Notes: a model not told the origin generated them from the letters alone. Shown: positions 39,425 through 49,578, numbered from the stretch's first letter. The stretch is 64,000 bases of DNA from Christiangramia sp. LLG6405-1 (GCF_045055805.1 NZ_CP159330.1:1551547-1615546), one strand, 5' to 3'. Numbers and translations are program-made.

Positions 39425-40303
39425 ATGGCCTCAGGATTTTTTACTTTACTGGATGATATTGCTGCATTGATGGATGATGTTGCGGTGATGAGCAAAGTTG
39501 CCGGTAAGAAAACTGCCGGATTGCTTGGTGATGACCTTGCTGTAAATGCAGAAAAAGCCAGCGGATTTATTTCTGATAGAGAATTGCCAGTATTATGGGC
39601 GATCACTAAAGGTTCCCTTTTAAACAAGCTGATCATTCTGCCGGTCGCGTTTTTACTGAGTGCGTTTGTTCCGGTGGCTATAAAGATCATACTCCTTATT
39701 GGTGGATTGTACCTGGCTTATGAAGGTGCAGAGAAGATCCATGAATACTTGTTTCCTCATAAACACGCGAAATCCACACCTGTTCCAGAAGATCTTACAA
39801 AAGAACAGATGTTAGAACGAGAAGATGAGAAAGTAAAATCGGCTATACTTACAGATTTCATACTTTCTGTAGAGATTGTGATCATTGCTTTAGGAACCGT
39901 AGGCGGAGAGGAGTTACCAACTCAAATTGGAGTAGTAAGTGTAATTGCGCTTGTAGCTACCGTTGGAGTTTATGGAGTGGTTGCTCTTATCGTAAGGATG
40001 GACGAATTCGGAGCCAAGCTTATCAATATGAATGAGCAAACGGATAGCTTTTCAGATAAAGTAGGTAAATTTTTAGTGAATGCATTGCCATGGGTAATCA
40101 AGGGATTGGCGCTTATTGGTACAATAGCCTTGATGTTGGTTTCCGGAGGGATTTTCGTGCATAATCTTGAATTTATACATGATCAGGTACATTCTTTACC
40201 AACTATTCTTGGGGAATTCCTGGTTGGACTAGTTGTAGGAGCAATTGTTTTACCCCTGGTTGGACTGGGGAAAAAGATATGGAAGTCGGTTTCCAACAAA
40301 TAA
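39425..40303 (+). CDS. DUF808 (YedI-like) inner-membrane protein
   Basis: MASGFFTLLDDIAALMDDVAVMSKVAGKKTAGLLGDDLAVNAEK is the YedI/DUF808 N-terminus. Confidence 0.7.
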   Translation: MASGFFTLLDDIAALMDDVAVMSKVAGKKTAGLLGDDLAVNAEKASGFISDRELPVLWAITKGSLLNKLIILPVAFLLSAFVPVAIKIILLIGGLYLAYEGAEKIHEYLFPHKHAKSTPVPEDLTKEQMLEREDEKVKSAILTDFILSVEIVIIALGTVGGEELPTQIGVVSVIALVATVGVYGVVALIVRMDEFGAKLINMNEQTDSFSDKVGKFLVNALPWVIKGLALIGTIALMLVSGGIFVHNLEFIHDQVHSLPTILGEFLVGLVVGAIVLPLVGLGKKIWKSVSNK

Positions 40304-40324
40304 ATTTCAAATTTAAATACATTC

Positions 40325-41182
40325 ATGGATAGAAATTTCTGGCTCGAACTTAAAGAACAACTCCTTGACTTTTTGATCGAAATTGGTCCAGAGATATTTT
40401 ATTCTGTCGTTACACTTATCATTGGAATTTTTGCTATCAAAATTCTAATGAATTTGCTGAAAGGCACTCTGCGAAGATCTAAAGTGGAACTTTCCCTGAA
40501 AACTTTTGTAGAGAGTCTCAGTGTCTTTGTGCTCTACGGCTTTTTATTTTTCGTAATTGGATCCATTTTAGGAATTAAGACGACCTCGTTTATTGCAGTA
40601 TTTGGAGCAGCTGGTATTGCCATTGGTCTCGCTTTGCAAGGCAGTTTATCTAATTTTGCAGGTGGCGTGTTAATTCTGGTGTTTAAACCTTTTAAAGTTG
40701 GAGATCTAATCTACGTGAACGAGAATCTGGGTTTTGTAGAGCAGATAGATATTCTGTATACACGTATAAAAACCTTCGACGGAAGGATTATTACGATGCC
40801 TAATGGTAATGTTTCCAACAGTGATGTAGATAATCGCACGATGGAAAAGTATCGTCGCATAGATCTCAATTTGAAGTTCGCTTTTGATGAGGATATTGAT
40901 AATTTAAGAAGAATCATTATCGCAGGAATGAACAAGCATCCAAAATTAGCTACGCACTTACCAGTTGATGTCTGGTTAGATGAAATAGGAGAGTACGAAA
41001 TGAAACTCAAGGCCAGATGCTGGGTCGAATCGGTGGAATTCTGGCCGGCATACTGGGAACAATTGGAGGCGGTCAAAAAGCAACTTGATCTGGAAGAGAT
41101 TAAAATACCAATTCCACGCCATGAGATCTATAGAGGTGCTCAGGAAACCACTGAAATGGATATAAGACCTTCTAATAATTGA
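40325..41182 (+). CDS. Small-conductance mechanosensitive channel (MscS family)
   Basis: Three TM helices plus the pore motif IAVFGAAGIAIGLALQGSLSNFAGGVLILVFKPFKVGD. Confidence 0.85.
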   Translation: MDRNFWLELKEQLLDFLIEIGPEIFYSVVTLIIGIFAIKILMNLLKGTLRRSKVELSLKTFVESLSVFVLYGFLFFVIGSILGIKTTSFIAVFGAAGIAIGLALQGSLSNFAGGVLILVFKPFKVGDLIYVNENLGFVEQIDILYTRIKTFDGRIITMPNGNVSNSDVDNRTMEKYRRIDLNLKFAFDEDIDNLRRIIIAGMNKHPKLATHLPVDVWLDEIGEYEMKLKARCWVESVEFWPAYWEQLEAVKKQLDLEEIKIPIPRHEIYRGAQETTEMDIRPSNN

Positions 41183-41255
41183 TTCTAAGAAACATAATTG
41201 AGCGTAGCTAGCTAGAATTAATTAAAATTTTCTAAACCAACAACTGTATTTACCT

Positions 41256-41909
41256 GTGAAAAATAAAAAACCATGGCCTACCAAAGAAGCGATGGAACAG
41301 GTGTATGCCATGAACTTATGGGGGAAAGGTGAATCTGCGTTCTACTCTGGTAATGGTTCACATGATGAAGTTCTAGTGAAGCCATATATAGAAGTAGTCA
41401 GAAACTTTCTAAAGGCACATCATAATAAACTTTCTGTATGTGATTTTGGTTGTGGTGATTTTAATATAGGGAGGAAGCTGCTGGAGAATGCAGAGCATTA
41501 CATAGCTGTAGATATCGTACCGGCTTTAATAAACTACAATAAGACTAATTTTAAGTTTGATCATCTGGAATTTCAATGTCTCAACATAGCGAAAGATAAG
41601 CTTCCAGAAGGAGATGTGGTGATTCTGAGACAGGTTTTGCAGCATTTGTCCAATTCTGAAGTGCGAAGTGTGCTGAATAAAATTAAAGCCTTCAAATATC
41701 TCATTTTAACGGAGCATCAACCCGAATCTAATTTTATTCCGAATAAAGATATTATATCTGGCCAGGGAATAAGATTAAAGAAGAATAGTGGTCTGGAAAT
41801 TACCAAACCGCCATTCAATTTCAAATTTGAAACCAGGAAGGAACTCCTTTCGATTCCAGTTCCCGATGGAAAAGGTGTTATAATAACTACTCTTTACGGA
41901 ATTCAGTAG
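41256..41909 (+). CDS. Class I SAM-dependent methyltransferase
   Basis: Motif I LSVCDFGCGDFNIG. 217 aa. Confidence 0.6.
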   Translation: MKNKKPWPTKEAMEQVYAMNLWGKGESAFYSGNGSHDEVLVKPYIEVVRNFLKAHHNKLSVCDFGCGDFNIGRKLLENAEHYIAVDIVPALINYNKTNFKFDHLEFQCLNIAKDKLPEGDVVILRQVLQHLSNSEVRSVLNKIKAFKYLILTEHQPESNFIPNKDIISGQGIRLKKNSGLEITKPPFNFKFETRKELLSIPVPDGKGVIITTLYGIQ

Positions 41910-42229
41910 AAAAAACAATGGATCAATTTTTTTGAGACCTGATTAGAAAAATCTGGGTTACATAATTTCTTCGCTTGCAAGTATTTTAATGATCTAAAAT
42001 CAGGGTTACTTCACAAATTGAACTGCACTATTTAGTGTGATAATCAATTAAGCAGTTTAGATAGAAGATGAGCGTGAGTACGTGTAAAATCTGGGGTACA
42101 ATGGGAAAGAATGGAATTACTATACCTGGAGCAAATTCAGGCTTTGCTTCGGAAAGTAAGAATGAGCGAGTTGTAACTAGTAGTTTAACTCGCTCGATAT
42201 TCTTTAAAAGTTATCTGAAGATTTTCAGA

Positions 42230-42445
42230 TTAGGATTCAAGTCCTGGAATAGGAGTAAACTTACCATTAGTGGATTTCCCAAGAATGATCACATCTTTGA
42301 TATCGCGGTATTCTTCAATCGCCAATTTTAGTTGATCTACTGTATCCCGGCGTACTTTAACTCCTCCTGTTTTTTTATTTTTGTTTCTAACTTCAATATA
42401 ATAACCGTCTCTGAGATCTTTCGGTTTTGTAGAAGGTCTGCCCAT
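42230..42445 (-). CDS. Small basic hypothetical protein (71 aa)
   Basis: MGRPSTKPKDLRDGYYIEVRNKNKKTGGVKVRRDTVDQLKLAIEEYRD... No recognisable family. Coding status is uncertain. Confidence 0.3.
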   Translation of the reverse strand: MGRPSTKPKDLRDGYYIEVRNKNKKTGGVKVRRDTVDQLKLAIEEYRDIKDVIILGKSTNGKFTPIPGLES

Positions 42446-42991
42446 AATAATTTTGATTATTCGAGATTAAATTAAATTTAGTGATACGTATGTAAAACTA
42501 AATAGTTATAAACTAGCAACTTGAGTGAATATATAAAATTCAGATCAATTATTCGGCATCGATTTTCAAACAATAAATAAGCGACTTGAACTGCTAAATA
42601 TTTGAACGTCAACCAATGTTTTTAGCTATAACTACATTATACTATAATTTGGCAAAGGTAAGGAGTCTAAAAATTTATTAGGTAAAAATTGCAATATTTT
42701 TACTCAAATAATTCCGAATTCTATAGTTTTTATTGTAGAAACTCATTTAAGGTCAGGATTTGATTCGGAGATTTCGGCTTTTTTAGGTTTTCAGAACAAG
42801 ATGAACTGATTCAGTTCATTTAACGCGAGCAGAACTTAAGAAAAGAGAAATTCCTTTTCAGAAATATGCTTAACGTAGTTTTCTTCTTGTGTTGAACCCA
42901 CAGAAAAATTGATAGTATCAGCATATGATTTTATTCAGCAGGAATAAATTTCGGCTTTTATATCAGCAATTAGATTTCCCATAATATAGAA

Positions 42992-43024
42992 AAAGCTCCA
43001 TACATCATATTAAAATGTATGGAG
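42992..43024 (-). terminator. Intrinsic terminator of aceA (AGCTCCATACA...TGTATGGAGCT + T5 on minus strand)
   Basis: 11-bp perfect stem 23 nt after the aceA stop, with a T-tract on the minus strand. Confidence 0.6.
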
Positions 43025-43046
43025 CTGTCTATTATATAGTTTAAAA

Positions 43047-44666
43047 TTAGCTTACCAGTTCCAGTTTCTTCCCGGCAACTTTTTCACCAAACTGATTACT
43101 GGTGTTCTTTTCGCCGCCAGCTTTCAAGGCCTTTTCTCCTGCAAAGAAACTTTTGTGGTCATCTCCAAGATCGGATCCTGCCATTCTCTGGTGCTTAACG
43201 CAGGATACACCTTTTCTGATCTCCTGTCGCTGAACACCTTCTACATAGGCCAACATCCCTTCTTCGGAGAAATAGCCTTTCGTTAGATCGTTCATATGTA
43301 AAGCAGTGGTGTGATATGTTGGAAGGGTGATCAGGTGATGGAAAACCCCAGCTTCTTTAGCGGCATCCTTCTGAAATGTTCGAATCTTCTCGTCTGCACG
43401 ATGGCATAATTCAGATCCATCATATTCTGCAGCCATCAGGTTATTTCTATCGTATGCGGTCATATTCTCACCTTCTGCAAGCATTTCTTCATAGGCCTGG
43501 TTTCTGAAGTTCAATGTCCAGTTAAAAGAAGGTGAATTATTGTAAACCAGTTTGGCATTAGGAACAATCTCTTTTACACGGTTTACCATATGGGCGATCT
43601 GTTTGACATTAGGAGTTGGCGTTTCTATCCATAGTAGGTCTGCTCCATGCTGTAAACTGGTAATGCAATCCAGAACAACCCTGTCTATATTAGATCCTTT
43701 CTTGAACTTATACAATCCGTTCGGTAAACGAATAGGACGTACCAGCTTTCCATTTCTTTTAAGGAGGACATCGTCTTCCTTTGCTTCGCTAATATCAATG
43801 CTTTCAGCTTCCACAAAAGCAAGGTATTTTGAAGCCAGATCTCCTGGTTCATTACTTACCGGTAACTTCTGGGTTAGACCGGCACCTTCAGAATCTGTAC
43901 GGGCTACGATCACTCCATCTTCTACTCCTAATTCAAGAAAGGCATATCTAACGGCGTTGAGCTTGGCTATAAAATCTTCATGCGGTACGGTTACTTTTCC
44001 ATCCTGATGTCCGCATTGTTTGGCATCTGAAACCTGATTTTCTATCTGAATCGCACAGGCTCCAGCTTCAATCATTTCTTTAGCCAGAAGGTAAGTTGCT
44101 TCCTCATTTCCGAAGCCAGCATCAATATCTGCAATAATTGGTACAATGTGAGTTTCGAAATCATCGATCTCGGCCTGTACATTTTCACCTTTTTCCAGCC
44201 TCTTAAAAAGATCGTTAAGTTCTACAGCATCTGCCTGTCTCAGGAAAGTATATATTTCCTTTATCAAAGCAGGAACTGCGGTCTTTTCATGCATGGATTG
44301 ATCTGGCAATGGACCAAATTCTGAACGTAAGGCTGCAACCATCCAGCCCGATAAATAAAGATATTTTCTATCAGTAGTTTTATGATGTTTTTTAACCGCG
44401 ATCATATTTTGCTGAGCCACGAATCCATGCCAGCTACCAAGGGATTGTGTGTATTTAGAGGAGTCGGCATCATAAGCTGCCATATCCTTTCTTATAATGC
44501 CAGCGGTATATTTTGCAATATCCAGTCCTGTTTTAAAACGGTTCTGGCTCATCATTCTTGCTGCATGTTCAGGTTTTACTGAGTTCCAGGTTTCCCCGTA
44601 CTTTAGTTTCAGATTTTTGACCGTCTCCAGGGCTGATTGATAATTTGATTGCGATAAATTTTCCAT
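43047..44666 (-). CDS. aceA: Isocitrate lyase
   Basis: Signature KQCGHQDGK (K[KR]CGH). 540 aa. The ORF track extends to 44744, but the ATG at 44666 (MENLSQ...) is preferred. Confidence 0.9.
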   Translation of the reverse strand: MENLSQSNYQSALETVKNLKLKYGETWNSVKPEHAARMMSQNRFKTGLDIAKYTAGIIRKDMAAYDADSSKYTQSLGSWHGFVAQQNMIAVKKHHKTTDRKYLYLSGWMVAALRSEFGPLPDQSMHEKTAVPALIKEIYTFLRQADAVELNDLFKRLEKGENVQAEIDDFETHIVPIIADIDAGFGNEEATYLLAKEMIEAGACAIQIENQVSDAKQCGHQDGKVTVPHEDFIAKLNAVRYAFLELGVEDGVIVARTDSEGAGLTQKLPVSNEPGDLASKYLAFVEAESIDISEAKEDDVLLKRNGKLVRPIRLPNGLYKFKKGSNIDRVVLDCITSLQHGADLLWIETPTPNVKQIAHMVNRVKEIVPNAKLVYNNSPSFNWTLNFRNQAYEEMLAEGENMTAYDRNNLMAAEYDGSELCHRADEKIRTFQKDAAKEAGVFHHLITLPTYHTTALHMNDLTKGYFSEEGMLAYVEGVQRQEIRKGVSCVKHQRMAGSDLGDDHKSFFAGEKALKAGGEKNTSNQFGEKVAGKKLELVS

Positions 44667-44747
44667 AATTTTGTGTTTGATTATTAAGTTTTTTGAAAGT
44701 TTGATAATTGGGTCTCGCAATCTATGCCAGTAGTTGCGAGACATTTT

Positions 44748-46364
44748 TTATATATGTTTATATGCTGGGAGCGTTAAGAATTCTTCGAATCTTTCAGAAA
44801 TAACCAGCGTGTCAAAAAGTTTAAAAGCCAATTCGAATTTTGTGTTCTTAATATTGGACTCGCCATATTCGGTAATGATCTTCTCAATTTCATCTTCAAA
44901 TATTTCAATATAAAGTTCCATATTAAATTTCCTGCCATCTTCGAGAACCACTTCATTTTTAAGCCATTGCCATAACTGTGTTCGTGAGATTTCAGCAGTA
45001 GCAGCGTCCTCCATCAGGTTGTATAGAGCTACCGCACCATAGCCGCGAAGCCAGGCTTCCATGTACAGAATCCCTACATTAATATTTTTTCTAATTCCTT
45101 CTTCTGTAACAGTTCCTTCAGGAATTTTGAGGAGATCCTGTTCTGTTATTTTCAAATCATCCCTCGATACCGAGAGTTGATTAGCTTCAGGCATATGTTT
45201 ATCGAACTCCTTCAGAGCAACTTCAACCAAAGCAGGGTGAGCTACCCAGGTGCCGTCATGACCGTTCGTAACTTCTCTTTCCTTGTCTTTTCGAACTTTT
45301 TCCATCGCCTCGTCATTGGCACTCGGATTATTCTTAATTGGAATTTGGGCTGCCATTCCTCCAATTGCCAGAATTCCTCTTTTGTGACATTTCTGAATTA
45401 CCAGTTTCGAATAAGCATCCATAAATGGAGAGGTCATGGTGACTTGATCACGATTAGGAACGACAAAATTAGGATGATTTCTGAACTTCTTGATATAGGA
45501 GAATATGTAGTCCCAGCGACCGCAATTAAGTCCAACAATATGGTCTTTTAATTCGTAGATGATCTCATCTAACTGGAAGCTGGCAGTGATCGTTTCAACC
45601 AGTACCGTTGCTTTAAACGTTCCTGTGGGAACATTCAGGTATTCCTGTGCAAATACAAAAACCTCATTCCACCAACGGGCTTCTTCGTAGTGTTCAAGTT
45701 TTGGCAAGTAAAAGTAAGGTGCTGTACCATTTCCAAGCATCGTTTTGGTATTATGAAATACATACAGGCCAAAATCTACGAGGCTTCCAGATGCTTCTTC
45801 TTCACTAATTAAAAGATGCTTTTCGTTAAGGTGTAAACCTCTTGGTCGCACGAGCAGGACCGCTGGGTCCGGGCTCAAAGTATAGGATTTTCCACGTGCG
45901 ACGTCTTCCAGTGAGATAGTTCCTGCATTTGCATCTTTAAGGTTTTGCTGACCTTCGATGACATTTTCCCAGGTAGGAGAGGTGCTGTCTTCCAGGTCTG
46001 CCATAAAAGTTCTGGCGCCCGAGTTTAGTGCATTGATAATCATTTTCCTGTCTACCGGTCCGGTGATCTCAACTCGCCGGTCTTGAAGATCTGCTGGGAT
46101 TTGACCTGCTTTCCAGTCTCCATTTCTTATGGAAGCTGTTTCAGAAGGGAATTCAGGTACGTTCCCGGAATCAAAATGTTGCTGCTGTGCTTCTCTTTTC
46201 TCCAGAAGAGCAATTCTTTTGTGGTTGAATTTTTCATGTAACGCGATTAGAAACTCTAGTGCTTCTTCGGAAAGAATTTGCGGATAGTAATTAGTAACCT
46301 CTTTACTGAAGTGTAATTGTAATGAGTTTAGTGTGTTGTTTTCCATGGTGTTAGTGTTTTGCAT
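44748..46364 (-). CDS. aceB: Malate synthase A
   Basis: 538 aa. Typical malate synthase A length and catalytic region (…DGTWVAHP…). Immediately upstream of aceA. Confidence 0.9.
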   Translation of the reverse strand: MQNTNTMENNTLNSLQLHFSKEVTNYYPQILSEEALEFLIALHEKFNHKRIALLEKREAQQQHFDSGNVPEFPSETASIRNGDWKAGQIPADLQDRRVEITGPVDRKMIINALNSGARTFMADLEDSTSPTWENVIEGQQNLKDANAGTISLEDVARGKSYTLSPDPAVLLVRPRGLHLNEKHLLISEEEASGSLVDFGLYVFHNTKTMLGNGTAPYFYLPKLEHYEEARWWNEVFVFAQEYLNVPTGTFKATVLVETITASFQLDEIIYELKDHIVGLNCGRWDYIFSYIKKFRNHPNFVVPNRDQVTMTSPFMDAYSKLVIQKCHKRGILAIGGMAAQIPIKNNPSANDEAMEKVRKDKEREVTNGHDGTWVAHPALVEVALKEFDKHMPEANQLSVSRDDLKITEQDLLKIPEGTVTEEGIRKNINVGILYMEAWLRGYGAVALYNLMEDAATAEISRTQLWQWLKNEVVLEDGRKFNMELYIEIFEDEIEKIITEYGESNIKNTKFELAFKLFDTLVISERFEEFLTLPAYKHI

Positions 46365-46396
46365 GACAATATTATAATAAAGAACTCAATAAAACA

Positions 46397-46443
46397 AGCG
46401 AACGTTCGCTAAAAGTAAATATTCGCGAAAAATATATATTCGC
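46397..46443. promoter_or_regulatory. Palindromes in the aceB / regulator divergent promoter: AGCGAACGTTCGCT (46397-46410), TTCGCGAA (46422-46429), direct repeat ATATTCGC x2
   Basis: Perfect 14-bp palindrome and related motifs lie within the 100-bp intergenic region. Confidence 0.35.
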
Positions 46444-46465
46444 AGATTTGTTTATATTTGATTCT

Positions 46466-47944
46466 ATGGAGGAAGATTATATCAAGTTGATTTTTGGATT
46501 GAAGTTGAAGCAGATAAGGACTGAGAAGAGTTTATCTCTATTTGGATTATCCAAACTTTCAGGGCTTTCCAAGTCATATTTGAATGAGATCGAGAACGGA
46601 AAAAAATATCCTAAACCTGATAAAATTGCATTACTATCAGATAAATTAGAGGTTCCTTATGATCAAATGGTCTCCCTTAAGCTTGATAAGAACCTCGCGC
46701 CAATAGGAGAATTACTTCAGTCAAAGATCCTTAAAGAAATTCCGCTTGAATTATTCGGGATCAAGGAGAGCAACCTTATCGATATAGTTTCCAATGCTCC
46801 GGCAAAGGTGAATGCCTTCATTAGTACCATTATTGAAATAGCCAAGCACTATAACTTTAGCAGGGAAAGCTTTTTCCTGGCTTCTGTGCGCTCTTTTCAG
46901 GAAGCGAATAACAATTACTTCGATGATCTGGAGCAACAGGTTTTAAAATTCTCGAAAGCTTACCAGGTAGATCTTACCAAATCTCCAGGTTCTAAAGTGC
47001 TTGAGGAGATCCTGGTAGAGGAGTATCAATATGTAATTAATGAAGAAGAGTTAGATAAATTTGAAGCCTTAGAGAATTTGCGCTCTATTTTTGTTCCGAA
47101 AACCAATACACTTTTGCTGGCAAAGGGAATAGACGAAGCTCAGCGAAGCTTCATTTTTGCAAAGGAACTCGCGTACAATTACCTCGAAATTTCAGACCGG
47201 CTGCATTCTTTTCCGTGGATAAAATTTGAAAGATTTGATCAGGTCTTAAATAACTTTTATGCCTCGTATTTTGCAGGAGCATTAGTGATCCCGAAGGATG
47301 AACTTACCACCCAGTTGGAAAATCTATTTCAGAAGGAAAACTTTGATCATGTTCATTTTCTGAATATGATGCATAATTTTAATGCTTCTCCGGAAACATT
47401 CTACCAGAGACTCACCAATATACTTCCGAAAGAATTCAACATAAAGAACCTCTTTTTCCTCAGGATCACGCATAAAGCGGATAGCGGTAAGTTTTATTTG
47501 AACAAAGAATTGCACTTAACCCACCATCATTCCCCTCGTGCGAATGAAACTAACGAGCATTACTGCCGGCGCTGGATGTCGTTAAAGGTGATCAAAGAAA
47601 TCAGTAAGTCTAAGAATTCACACGAATTTGATGTGCAGATCTCCAATTATCCCAGTCATGAAAACAGGTATCTTATTTTTTCTTCAGCAACCAAAGATCC
47701 TTTTAGAGAAAATCAGTTTAGAAGTATTAGCATTGGTTTGCTAATTAATAAACAACTGGAGCGAAAGCTAAAATTCCTCGAGGATCAAAATATTGTTAGA
47801 AAGAATGTGGGAGTAACCTGCGAGCGTTGCGCTATTTCCGACTGTAAAGTAAGAAAGGCGCCTGCGATCGTTCTGGAAAAGCGCAAGAAGAACAGTAAAA
47901 TAGAGTCTATTGTAGATGAATTAACGGCGAAGTTCCAGGCTTAA
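46466..47944 (+). CDS. XRE-family regulator with long C-terminal extension, RamB/ScfR-like architecture, divergent to aceBA
   Basis: N-terminal HTH_XRE (LSLFGLSKLSGLSKSYLNEIENGKKYP), about 490 aa in total. The size and architecture resemble the glyoxylate/acetate regulators of the RamB type, but the C-terminal domains cannot be confirmed by eye. Confidence 0.55.
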   Translation: MEEDYIKLIFGLKLKQIRTEKSLSLFGLSKLSGLSKSYLNEIENGKKYPKPDKIALLSDKLEVPYDQMVSLKLDKNLAPIGELLQSKILKEIPLELFGIKESNLIDIVSNAPAKVNAFISTIIEIAKHYNFSRESFFLASVRSFQEANNNYFDDLEQQVLKFSKAYQVDLTKSPGSKVLEEILVEEYQYVINEEELDKFEALENLRSIFVPKTNTLLLAKGIDEAQRSFIFAKELAYNYLEISDRLHSFPWIKFERFDQVLNNFYASYFAGALVIPKDELTTQLENLFQKENFDHVHFLNMMHNFNASPETFYQRLTNILPKEFNIKNLFFLRITHKADSGKFYLNKELHLTHHHSPRANETNEHYCRRWMSLKVIKEISKSKNSHEFDVQISNYPSHENRYLIFSSATKDPFRENQFRSISIGLLINKQLERKLKFLEDQNIVRKNVGVTCERCAISDCKVRKAPAIVLEKRKKNSKIESIVDELTAKFQA

Positions 47945-48351
47945 GAACTTTTTCTGGTTTTTAGTAAATTAAAAAATACATAGGTGAAGAACAGGAAGAA
48001 AATCCAGTCATTCATACCATACACCGCATAGAACATTCCGGCAAAAAGATCTTTATCGAACACCTCTGTAATGCTATTATTAAGATGCCAGTTGATCCAC
48101 GTAAAACCATAAATAAATTTCTCTATAGCAAAGACCGCGATTAGCCACTTCACTCTATTGTAATTATTGGCGACTGAAATATAAGCCAGACCCCATATCA
48201 GGATCATTAATAAGCCGAAATTAGACATTACCATCGGGTCAAACTTAGGAATAACCGGATTGGTAAATAGTTTTGAAAATAAGAGCACAGACATATTCAT
48301 TAAACCGGCGAGAATAAATCCTTTGCGAATGCTTGATGGGCTACTTTCCAT
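47941..48351 (-). CDS. Small multi-TM membrane protein (hypothetical)
   Basis: 136 aa with 3-4 predicted TM helices. Confidence 0.4.
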   Translation of the reverse strand: MESSPSSIRKGFILAGLMNMSVLLFSKLFTNPVIPKFDPMVMSNFGLLMILIWGLAYISVANNYNRVKWLIAVFAIEKFIYGFTWINWHLNNSITEVFDKDLFAGMFYAVYGMNDWIFFLFFTYVFFNLLKTRKSS

Positions 48352-48689
48352 GTTTTTAATTTAAATACTTCTGAAATTTAGAAGGATCGTCTTGTTTTAC
48401 GGAATTTCAGATGAAAGTTAAGTCTTTTCAGGTCATGAGAAGTTATAACTCCTGACTTATTCAGAATACTACACATTCAGGCAACTTCGAAGATGGAGAT
48501 ATTTTCTAATTTCCACAGCCATAATTTATTCTGAATACTGAAGCGTAGTAAAGAATATTTCCGAAGAAAAAAATAGAAAATTCCGGAGCTGAGAGAAAGC
48601 TCTGCTTAGTCTGAAGAAACCGCTGTATAAAGTAAATTTCAGAAGCTTTCCGGATTAAAGGATCAGCTGGCTTCTGAGTTTTGGTGCTT

Positions 48690-49220
48690 CTAATCTGTAA
48701 AACTTTTAAAATTCATGCGTTTGGCTAAGATCAGGTAATTCTTGAGAAGTCTGTTAATTCGCGCTTTACCTTCAGGATTAGTGCTGTGAGAAGACCATAG
48801 CGGCGGTAGCAGTTGATGATTATAGCAATAATCGATCAATATTTCGGCACAATCAAAGCCATTGAATGAATTGCTTAAATCATAATCAAAACAAATTGCA
48901 TCTGGCAATCCATTTGTATGGATCCAGGTTTGAAATTCATTGATCTCTTTCAGCCATATAATATTGACATCACGACCGATGGGACTGAACGCCAGCCAAT
49001 CCATTTTTTTCTCCAGGGGATCTATGCGGTCATCCAACCATATTAGCGTTTTACGATGAGCCTTTCTGTTTTTTTTAATAGCAACTGAGACTGATTCTTT
49101 TAGAAAAGCTGGTCTATTCAAAGTAAAGAGATTCTGCGACCCCATTGAAAAGAAGTCTTTTAGATTCAAAAGATTCCGAAGAATATGACTGTGGTAAGCT
49201 TTCATTACAAAATATCTCAA
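48690..49220 (-). CDS. Hypothetical protein with receiver(REC)-like residue pattern
   Basis: LIWLDDRID (DD), AICFDYDL (D), SSHSTNP (S/T) and a spaced K resemble a divergent receiver domain. The N-terminus is uncertain. Confidence 0.3.
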   Translation of the reverse strand: MRYFVMKAYHSHILRNLLNLKDFFSMGSQNLFTLNRPAFLKESVSVAIKKNRKAHRKTLIWLDDRIDPLEKKMDWLAFSPIGRDVNIIWLKEINEFQTWIHTNGLPDAICFDYDLSNSFNGFDCAEILIDYCYNHQLLPPLWSSHSTNPEGKARINRLLKNYLILAKRMNFKSFTD

Positions 49221-49274
49221 AGGTTGGTGAATTTAAATACAGAGGAGGCTATAGTAAAATGAACCCGGGATCTC

Positions 49275-49490
49275 CTAAATCTTTTGAATTCGCACCACGA
49301 GAAAAATGAATAGCATGAAAATAGCTCCAATAAATAATACGGTGTACAGATTTTCTTCCCAAATGCGATAGTAGAATTCCTGATGTAGATAAATTGACCT
49401 GCATAGAACTGCAGCGATCACTAAACACAAGCTCTTGTAAAATTTACTTTTCATAATATCGATCTTTAAAAAACCAGATAGCCCGCGCAT
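49275..49490 (-). CDS. Small membrane protein (hypothetical)
   Basis: 71 aa with two hydrophobic helices. Confidence 0.3.
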   Translation of the reverse strand: MRGLSGFLKIDIMKSKFYKSLCLVIAAVLCRSIYLHQEFYYRIWEENLYTVLFIGAIFMLFIFLVVRIQKI

Positions 49491-49578
49491 TAATAGTGCT
49501 GAAAATTAACTTCTTCTCTAAACCCTACGAGAAGAAAATGGCGAAGACTATCTGGACCAACTAGGTTTGTTAAATTAT

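Noticed and set aside
42068-42331. 87-aa + strand ORF and a 9-bp hairpin (GAGCGAGTT...AACTCGCTC, ~42160-42200)
   Set aside because: The ORF overlaps the better-supported minus-strand small ORF and lacks homology. The hairpin has no adjacent U-tract on either strand, so it is not called as a terminator.
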